A stretch of 64,000 bases of DNA, from the NCBI GenBank assembly GCA_965223855.1, contig CBDCXM010000009.1, positions 2,624,001-2,688,000 of the forward strand, in the 5' to 3' direction. Source of the DNA: Candidatus Multivoradales bacterium (GTDB lineage Bacteria; Acidobacteriota; Thermoanaerobaculia; Multivoradales; JAHEKO01). Below are positions 57,479 to 64,000 of the stretch, one piece after another (position 1 is the first letter of the stretch; each line of letters starts with the position of its first letter). The notes under the pieces are model-generated. The model was not told where the DNA came from. It searched no databases and saw only the letters and a list, made by a program, of their open reading frames with translations. The position numbers and the translations under genes were made by a program.

Positions 57479-58087
57479 TCAGTCCACGGCCGGCGCCGCA
57501 AGCCTGCCGTCGAGTTCCAGCTCCGCGGCGGCTCCCTGCATTGCCTCGAGCACGTTCTGGACGTGCTGCCACAGCTCCAGTCCGCCGTCGAAGCAGGCGT
57601 CACTGAATTCGGACGTTGCCTGCTCGACCTCGCCGCGATGTACGCCTGCGGCGAAGGACTTTTCCTTCCATCGCTTTCGCAGCGACTTGAGCTTGACGTC
57701 ACGGACGTCCTTCGACGGACGGACGAGCGACGACGCGACGATCAGCCCGGTGATCTCGTCGCAGGCGAGGAGCGCGAAGTCCATGGGTGAAGTGCGCTCG
57801 ACTCCGGTCCCGGCGGTGTTGTGAGAGAGGATCGCCCGGACGACCTCTTCAGGGCACCCGCGCTCCCGCAGGATGGGTGCCCCCTCGGCCGGATGCGCCT
57901 CCAGAGTCGGGTGGATCTCCCAGTCGAAGTCGTGGAGAAGGCCCGCCAGCCCCCACAGCTCGACGTCGCCGTCGAGGCGCTCGGCGTAGCTGCGCATCGC
58001 CGCTTCGACGGCGACCATGTGGCGTCGGAGGCCGGGTGCTTCGACATGTTCGCGGACGACGTCCCAGGCTTCGGTGCGGTTCATCAT
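57479..58087 (-). CDS. HD-domain (HDIG) phosphohydrolase
   Basis: RHMVAVEAAM, GLLHDFD, AILSH, ACDEITGLI, KRWKEKSFAAGV. Confidence 0.9.
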   Translation of the reverse strand: MMNRTEAWDVVREHVEAPGLRRHMVAVEAAMRSYAERLDGDVELWGLAGLLHDFDWEIHPTLEAHPAEGAPILRERGCPEEVVRAILSHNTAGTGVERTSPMDFALLACDEITGLIVASSLVRPSKDVRDVKLKSLRKRWKEKSFAAGVHRGEVEQATSEFSDACFDGGLELWQHVQNVLEAMQGAAAELELDGRLAAPAVD

Positions 58088-58425
58088 CCGTCTCCCATCA
58101 CGGCGAAGGTGACCTGGGCTTTCGCCACGATCCGTTCCCCCTGGGTGACCGTCCCTTCGGCGACGGCGAGGGTCCGGCCGCGCTTGACGAGCGCTCCGGT
58201 GGCCGTGAGCTCCGCCTGTCGCGCGCGGCTCACCAGGTTGACGGTGACGGCTGCCGGAACGACCGCCGCCCCGACGGCGCCGGCGGCGGCGATCTCCGCA
58301 AGGGTCGTCAGAACGGCGAAGTGGACCGTATCGGGAGCGACGAGGTGTTCCTCCCGCGGCTCAAGGGTCAGGCTGCCGGGGGCGTCGCCTGGCCGAAGTC
58401 CGAGGTTGCTGTTGAAGTCGGTCAT
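58084..58425 (-). CDS. PaaI-like hotdog-fold thioesterase
   Basis: VH.AVL.TLAE, VNLVS.A, KRGRTLAVAE. Confidence 0.8.
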   Translation of the reverse strand: MTDFNSNLGLRPGDAPGSLTLEPREEHLVAPDTVHFAVLTTLAEIAAAGAVGAAVVPAAVTVNLVSRARQAELTATGALVKRGRTLAVAEGTVTQGERIVAKAQVTFAVMGDG

Positions 58426-58441
58426 GGCCGGTCTGCTCCTG

Positions 58442-59278
58442 TCAGTCGAGGAAGAGGTCGCGGGCCAGCGGTGCTTCGGGGTCGACCGCGTAGTCGCTGA
58501 AGTCGCGCACGCCCTTTGCCTCCAGCACCTGCTCGTCGATGAAGAACCTGCCGGTACAGGTTGCCGACGGCTGGGTGACGATGGCATGGGCGGCGTCGGC
58601 CAGGATCTCCGGCTCGCGGCAGTTCTCCGGCTTCAGCATCTTGGCGAGCGGAGTGCCGACGAGCATGTTGAGTGCTGCGGTGCGAATCACCGTGCGTGGC
58701 CACAGTGCGTTGACTGCGATCCCGTCCTTCCGGAACTCCTCGGCCATTCCGAGCACACACAGGCTCATGCCGTACTTCGAGAGGGTGTAGGCGACATGGT
58801 TCGCCACCCACTGCGGGTCGAGATTGAGCGGCGGCGACATCGTCAGGATGTGCGGGTTCTCGGCCTTGCGCAGGTGGGGCAGGCACGCCTTGGAGCACAG
58901 GAAGGTGCCGCGGGCATTGACCGACCACATCAGGTCGAAGCGCTTCATCTGTGTTTCAGCGGTCGGAGTGAGCGAGATCGCGCTGGCGTTGTTGACGAGG
59001 ATGTCGATGCCGCCGAAGGTCTCGACGGCGGCGGCGACCGCCGCCTCGACCTGCTCTTCGTCGCGAATGTCGGTCGCCACCGCGAGCGCCTGCCCTCCCG
59101 CCGCCTCGATCTCCTCGGCCGCCGTGTAGATCGTGCCCGGGAGCTTGGGATGAGGCACCTTGGTCTTTGCCACGACGACCACATTGGCGCCGTCGCGCGC
59201 GGCACGGAGGCCGATGGATTTCCCGATACCCCGGCTGCCGCCGGTGATGAAAAGAGTCTTGCCTGCCAGTGTCGCCAA
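58442..59278 (-). CDS. Short-chain dehydrogenase/reductase (HSDL2-like)
   Basis: TGGSRGIG, PHPKLPGTIY, NNASAI, YTLSK, NALWPRT. Confidence 0.93.
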   Translation of the reverse strand: MATLAGKTLFITGGSRGIGKSIGLRAARDGANVVVVAKTKVPHPKLPGTIYTAAEEIEAAGGQALAVATDIRDEEQVEAAVAAAVETFGGIDILVNNASAISLTPTAETQMKRFDLMWSVNARGTFLCSKACLPHLRKAENPHILTMSPPLNLDPQWVANHVAYTLSKYGMSLCVLGMAEEFRKDGIAVNALWPRTVIRTAALNMLVGTPLAKMLKPENCREPEILADAAHAIVTQPSATCTGRFFIDEQVLEAKGVRDFSDYAVDPEAPLARDLFLD

Positions 59279-59458
59279 GGTCGGACGCGCCTCCGCTGTT
59301 GGTTGCCGTGGATCGCCGCGCCTCCCCGGCGGCGGCAGAATCGCCGTACTCTATCGGTTCGCCGACGCCCTGCCGTCGCCTCCGGTGGGAAGGGCGCCGG
59401 AGGGTGCGACGCGGCGTCGTCACACACCGAGGATAGTCTGCCGCGGGAGGAGTCATCG

Positions 59459-59860
59459 ATGAGGGTTCTCGTACTTTGCACCGGCAACTCGGCGCGCTCC
59501 CAGCTCGCCGAGGCGTGGCTGCGTCACCTCGGCGAAGGCGCCGTCGAGGCGTCCAGCGCCGGCTCGGAGCCGTCGCGGGTACATCCCGATGCGATCGCCG
59601 TGATGGGTGAGAGAGGCATCGACCTCTCGGCGCACCGCTCCAAGCATCTGGACGAGTTTCTGGAGACCGAGTTCGACTACGTCGTCACCGTGTGCGATCG
59701 AGCGGCCGACCGCTGCCCGCTGTTCCCCGGACCCGCCGAGCGACTCCACTGGTCCTACCCCGACCCGGCCGCCATCGACGACGCGAGGGAGCGGCTCGAG
59801 GCGTTTCGCGCCGTCCGGGACGACCTCGAGGCGCGGATTCGCGCCTGGCTCGCCGGCTGA
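59459..59860 (+). CDS. arsC: Arsenate reductase, LMW-PTP type
   Basis: VLCTGNSARSQ, SAGSEP, VTVCD...CP.FPG, HW..DP; GGAGG RBS. Confidence 0.9.
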   Translation: MRVLVLCTGNSARSQLAEAWLRHLGEGAVEASSAGSEPSRVHPDAIAVMGERGIDLSAHRSKHLDEFLETEFDYVVTVCDRAADRCPLFPGPAERLHWSYPDPAAIDDARERLEAFRAVRDDLEARIRAWLAG

Positions 59861-59884
59861 CACCGAAGGGCGACTCCGAATCGG

Positions 59885-60760
59885 CTAGCCGAGGAGTTCC
59901 GCCGCCACCGCCGGCAGAAGCTCTTCGGAGCGCGCCGCCAGCACCTCGACCTGGTGCGGGACCGAGGGCAGTCGGCCTGCCGGATCGATCGAGATCATCG
60001 GGATCCCGCGCGCCGCACCGATCTGTGTCGCGTAGCTCGTGACCCCGACCGAGAACGAGGTGCCGACGAAGAGGATGATGCCGGCCGCAGCGAGCCGGGC
60101 CTCGACCTCGTCGAAGCGGTAGTCGCCGTGGCTCAGGTAGTCCTCGTCGAAGAACAGAACGTGGGGACGGAGCACACCGCCGCAGTCCGGGCAGCGTGGC
60201 AGCCGTGTCGCCTCGGGAGCGGCCCGGAAGGCCGCCACGTCGACCCGGTCGCGCGCGATCGAACCTGTGGGAGCGGCGAGGCGACAGTGCCCGACGTTGC
60301 CGCAGCGCAGTCGATCGGAAGAGCCGTGGACCTTGATGGGGTCGCGGCTGCCCGCCTGCTCGTGCAGGGTGTCGATGTTCTGGGTGACGAGGGTGAGCCC
60401 TGCGTCCTCCAGGCGCGCCAGTGCGAGGTGCGCCGGATTGGGCTGTGCCCGATCGACCGCCTCGAAACGCTCGAAGTACCAGCGCAGGTGATCCACCGGG
60501 TCGGCGCGGAAGTGCGCGAGCGTCGCCCGAGAGATCTCGTTCCGATTCCAGACCGCATCCGGGTCGCTGCCGCGGAAGGTCCTGAGACCGCTCGCCACGC
60601 TGACGCCGGCGCCAGTGAGAGCGAGAGGGGGTCCTTCCGCTGCTCGCCACAGACTCACCAGCCAGCGGGTCAGGCCGCCAAGGTCGACCGGCTCGGCATG
60701 CGGGCTCGGAGACTCGGGAGCTCCACGTCCCCGATCGTCAGAGGAAGTAGAGCTCATCAT
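59885..60760 (-). CDS. cobB: NAD-dependent protein deacylase (sirtuin)
   Basis: TGAGVSVASG..TFRG, PNPAH, TQNIDTLHEQAG, HGS, CxxC zinc site, VGTS. Confidence 0.88.
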   Translation of the reverse strand: MMSSTSSDDRGRGAPESPSPHAEPVDLGGLTRWLVSLWRAAEGPPLALTGAGVSVASGLRTFRGSDPDAVWNRNEISRATLAHFRADPVDHLRWYFERFEAVDRAQPNPAHLALARLEDAGLTLVTQNIDTLHEQAGSRDPIKVHGSSDRLRCGNVGHCRLAAPTGSIARDRVDVAAFRAAPEATRLPRCPDCGGVLRPHVLFFDEDYLSHGDYRFDEVEARLAAAGIILFVGTSFSVGVTSYATQIGAARGIPMISIDPAGRLPSVPHQVEVLAARSEELLPAVAAELLG

Positions 60761-61232
60761 CGACCAGAGGTCTGGCAGATCGCGTGCCGGCCCCCTTGCG
60801 GCGCTGCCGGAACAGCTGTTCGAAGCCCGCCTCGTCGTCGTCGAGATCGCCGAAGTCCTTCTCGACCTCGTCCGGGTCCTCACCGGCTTCGAGGCGCGAG
60901 ACCATCGCCTCCATCTCGGGGCTCATCTCGAGGCCGGCCTTCTCGCCGAAGCGACGCATCAGGCCCGCCATCGCCCGGGGATCGTCATCGTTGCCGACCT
61001 GTTCGAAGTCCTGTGCCATCGACGCCAGTGCCTGGTCCATGCGCGCATCGTCGAACTCGCCGTCTTCGTCACTCCCGGTCGCGCCGGTCAAGGCGGCGAA
61101 GCGGGCGGGTTTGCGCTCCAGCCGTTCCCGTCCGCAGCGCGGGCAGTCGGGGCGCGACTCGGTGTCGATACGGGCCGAGAAGAAGTTGAAAAGGGCGTGA
61201 CAGTCGCTGCAGTAGAATTCGTAGATCGGCAT
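60738..61232 (-). CDS. FmdB-family zinc-ribbon protein
   Basis: MPIYEFYCSDC...CPRCG; DPRAMA..MR and RLEAGEDP C-terminal motifs. Confidence 0.88.
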   Translation of the reverse strand: MPIYEFYCSDCHALFNFFSARIDTESRPDCPRCGRERLERKPARFAALTGATGSDEDGEFDDARMDQALASMAQDFEQVGNDDDPRAMAGLMRRFGEKAGLEMSPEMEAMVSRLEAGEDPDEVEKDFGDLDDDEAGFEQLFRQRRKGAGTRSARPLVDDELYFL

Positions 61233-61402
61233 GCGAACGGCGACTGTCTACCACAGTCGGGTCGCATGACGAGACGTCGAGCCGGACGCGCGGCTCAGCC
61301 GGAGCCAGGCCCATCGCGAGCGTTCCCGAAAGCCCCGATCGCCCCGACTCCGAAACTCCTCCCGCGTCGAGCGGTGGAGCCTCGAAGATCGCTGCGGGCA
61401 TC

Positions 61403-62998
61403 ATGGTCAGCCGCCTGCTCGGTCTCGTCAGGGAGGCGGTGCTGCTGCGCTATCTCGGTGCCGGCCCGCAGCTCGACGCCTTCAGGCAGGCGCTGCGCAC
61501 CGGCAATCTGATCCAGAACCTGCTCGGGGAGCAGACGCTCTCGGCCGCCTTCATCCCCGGGTACTCGCGAATGCTCGAGGAAGGGCGCGAGGAGGAGGCC
61601 GGCCGCTTCGCTGGAGCGATCTTCGGTCTGCTGCTGATGATCGCCGGTGCGCTCAGCCTCGTCGGGCTCCTCGGAGCGCCCGCCATCGTCGCCCTGTTCA
61701 ACCCCGGCTACCTGCAGGACGCCGCTCGGGTCGCCGCTGGCGAGGCGACGGTGGATCGGTTTGCGCTCGGCGTAAGGCTGGTGAGATGGACGTTCCCCAT
61801 GGCGGGAGTCCTGGTGTTGTCGGCATGGTCGGTCGGCGTCCTCAACTCGCATCGACGGTTCTTCGTCGCGTACTTCGCTCCCGTGGCTTGGAACGCGACG
61901 ATCATCGCCGCCTTCGCCTGGGTCGCGCGCGGCCTGCGACAGCCGGCGGACTCCATGGCGCTCGAATCCCTGGTGGTCGCCGGCGCCATCGGCGCGGCAC
62001 TCGGAGGCCTGCTGCAGTTCCTCGTGCAGCTGCCGACGGTGGCGACCGTCCTTCGTGGCTTCCGGTTGAGTCTGTCGATCCGGGTGACGGGCGTGCGCGA
62101 GGCGCTGGCCGCCTTCTGGCCGATGCTGGCGGGTCGCGGAGCGGTTCAGCTTTCCGGTCATCTCGACGGCGTCATCGCCTCGTTCCTGGTCGCCGGCGCT
62201 CAGGGGATCCTGCAGACGGCGCTCTTTCTCTACCTGCTGCCGCTGTCGCTCTTCGGGCTCGCGGTGGCCGCGGCGGAGCTGCCGGAGATGTCGCGCGAGA
62301 CGGCGCGCAGCGATGGCCGGGAGCGGCTGGCGAGCGCCATCCGGCGCAGCAGCTTCTTCGTCGTGCCGACGGCGGTGGGCTACGTCGCCTTCGGTCTCCT
62401 CATCGTCTCCGGGCTCTTCGGGCGGGGAGAGTTCGGCCTCGCCGACCGTTGGTTGCTCTACCTGGTGCTCGCGGTCTACAGCTTCGGATTGCCGGCGAGC
62501 GCCGTGACGCGGCAGCTCAACACTCTGCTCTTCGCCCGCGGACTCACGAGGATTCCGGCGCGTGTCGGCATCGAGAGGATGGTCCTGTCGGCCACCCTGG
62601 GTGGAGTTCTCGCCTTCGGTCTCGACGCCTATCGGGTCAGCGAGATCGTCGGGCTCGGAGCTGTCTCGCCGCTGCGACTGGGAGCCGTCGGCCTCGGGGT
62701 GGGAGGAATGCTGGCAGCCTGGTACGAACTGGCACGCGTGCGCGCCGAGCTGCGGCGGCATGTGGAAGCCCTTCGCGTGCCGGCGGCGGCGATTGCGCGG
62801 ATGGCGTTGGCAGCTGTCGTCGCGCTCCCGGCCGGGGGCGTCGCTCACTACTTCCTGCGCGACGCCGTGCCGTCCTGGGTGGCGACGATCGCGGTCGTGG
62901 CGCTGTACGCTGGGGCCTACCTGGTCGTGGCGCGATGGTTCGGGGTGTCCGAGCTGGGCGTCTGGCTCGAGGGCCTGTCGAGGAGGAGGCAGACATGA
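61403..62998 (+). CDS. murJ: Lipid II flippase (true start probably upstream)
   Basis: SRLLGLVRE, NL..NLLGE..LSAAFIP, LNSHRRFF...AP..WN, LPL.LFG; about 13 TM. Confidence 0.92.
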   Translation: MVSRLLGLVREAVLLRYLGAGPQLDAFRQALRTGNLIQNLLGEQTLSAAFIPGYSRMLEEGREEEAGRFAGAIFGLLLMIAGALSLVGLLGAPAIVALFNPGYLQDAARVAAGEATVDRFALGVRLVRWTFPMAGVLVLSAWSVGVLNSHRRFFVAYFAPVAWNATIIAAFAWVARGLRQPADSMALESLVVAGAIGAALGGLLQFLVQLPTVATVLRGFRLSLSIRVTGVREALAAFWPMLAGRGAVQLSGHLDGVIASFLVAGAQGILQTALFLYLLPLSLFGLAVAAAELPEMSRETARSDGRERLASAIRRSSFFVVPTAVGYVAFGLLIVSGLFGRGEFGLADRWLLYLVLAVYSFGLPASAVTRQLNTLLFARGLTRIPARVGIERMVLSATLGGVLAFGLDAYRVSEIVGLGAVSPLRLGAVGLGVGGMLAAWYELARVRAELRRHVEALRVPAAAIARMALAAVVALPAGGVAHYFLRDAVPSWVATIAVVALYAGAYLVVARWFGVSELGVWLEGLSRRRQT

Positions 62999-63432
62999 GG
63001 ATCGCGATCGGATCGGACCACGCGGGCTACCGCTATAAGCAGGCGCTGATCGAGCGGCTGGTCGAGCTCGGTCACGACGTCGCCGACTTCGGCACCGACT
63101 CCGAGGAGTCGTGCGACTACCCGGACTTCATCGTTCCGGCGGCGCGTGCGGTGGCGTCTGGGGAGTGCGAACGCGGCATCGTGCTCGGCGGTTCCGGCAA
63201 CGGGGAAGCGATGGCGGCCAACCGGATCCGCACGGTGCGGTGCGCGCTGTGCTGGGACGTCACGACCGCCCGGCTGGCGCGCGAGCACAATGACGCCAAC
63301 ATGATCTCCCTCGGCGAGCGCCTGATCTCGCTCGAGACCGCCGTAGCGATCGTCGAGACCTGGCTGGCCACCGACTTCGAGGGCGGACGTCACATCCGGC
63401 GGCTGGGAATGCTCGATGAGATCGAGCCGTAG
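62995..63432 (+). CDS. rpiB: Ribose-5-phosphate isomerase B
   Basis: MRIAIGSDHAG, DYPD, GGSGNG, HNDAN, FEGGRH..R. Confidence 0.96.
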   Translation: MRIAIGSDHAGYRYKQALIERLVELGHDVADFGTDSEESCDYPDFIVPAARAVASGECERGIVLGGSGNGEAMAANRIRTVRCALCWDVTTARLAREHNDANMISLGERLISLETAVAIVETWLATDFEGGRHIRRLGMLDEIEP

Positions 63433-63452
63433 TCGTCGAAGGAGGCGATTCG

Positions 63453-64000
63453 ATGGATCTTCAAGCCCTGCTCAGCATCTGCCTCGGGCTCGGCCTCGCG
63501 GCCGCCTGCGGCTTCCGGGTGTTCGTCCCGTTCCTCGTCATCAACCTCGCGGCCCGTGCGGGCCTGCTGACACTGACCGGGAGCTTCGAGTGGATCGCGT
63601 CGACGCCGGCGCTGGTGATGTTCCTCGTGGCGACGGTGCTCGAAATCGGCGCCTACTACGTGCCGTGGCTCGACAACCTCCTGGATACCGTGTCGACACC
63701 GGCGGCGGCGATCGCCGGGGTCGTCGCCTCGGCGTCGGTGATCACCGGTCTCGATCCGATGATCCAGTGGCCGGTCGCCGTCATCGCCGGCGGTGGCCTG
63801 GCGGGAGCGGTGCAGGCGTCGACGGTCGCCGCGCGCGCCGCCTCCACGCTCGGGACAGGCGGTCTCGCCAACCCGGTCGTCTCGACGGTCGAGACCGCGA
63901 GTTCGTTCGCTCTCACGGCGCTGGCGCTCGTGTTGCCGCTGCTGGCGGTGGCGACCGCGCTGCTGTTCCTGTTCGCCCTGCGCCGCGGGCTCTTCCGACG
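63453..64000 (+). CDS. DUF4126-like membrane protein, partial (runs off the window edge)
   Basis: Manual translation MDLQALLSICLGLGLAAACGFRVFVP...EIGAYYVPWLDNLLD...GTGGLANPVVS; GGAGG RBS. Confidence 0.85.
   Translation, partial: MDLQALLSICLGLGLAAACGFRVFVPFLVINLAARAGLLTLTGSFEWIASTPALVMFLVATVLEIGAYYVPWLDNLLDTVSTPAAAIAGVVASASVITGLDPMIQWPVAVIAGGGLAGAVQASTVAARAASTLGTGGLANPVVSTVETASSFALTALALVLPLLAVATALLFLFALRRGLFR

Noticed and set aside
59885-60760. Sirtuin as an anti-phage SIR2 effector
   Set aside because: It has the zinc-binding module, size and housekeeping context of a CobB-type deacylase, with no defence partners

Overview
A 64 kb window of a high-GC, diderm bacterium. Acidobacteriota (Thermoanaerobaculia-like) is my inference from the TonB receptor, the MlaFED genes and secreted proteins carrying an IFxDGFESGD tail; it is not proven. 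Most of the window is ordinary housekeeping: ggt, apaH, mlaEFD, glnII, rnhA, apt, a complete ccmA-I cytochrome c maturation operon, tal-pgi-pgl, cobB, murJ, rpiB and several transporters. Two accessory regions stand out. (1) 546-3643 is a lower-GC, translationally coupled gene pair: a periplasmic ligand-binding lipoprotein plus a 4-TM membrane protein fused to a class V PLP enzyme, with no ABC transporter genes, so it may be a receptor-enzyme module. (2) 11.2-14.25 kb holds a Y1/HUH (RAYT-like) transposase flanked in inverted orientation by a non-palindromic 14-bp motif (ATTCACCTGGCACC). The same motif forms a satellite cluster about 1.7 kb upstream, so that two envelope genes are bracketed. 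Short tandem duplications abut the motif, and a hairpin-rich 3' region follows the transposase. No rRNA, tRNA or CRISPR array was seen. All assignments come from reading motifs by eye; no database search was run.
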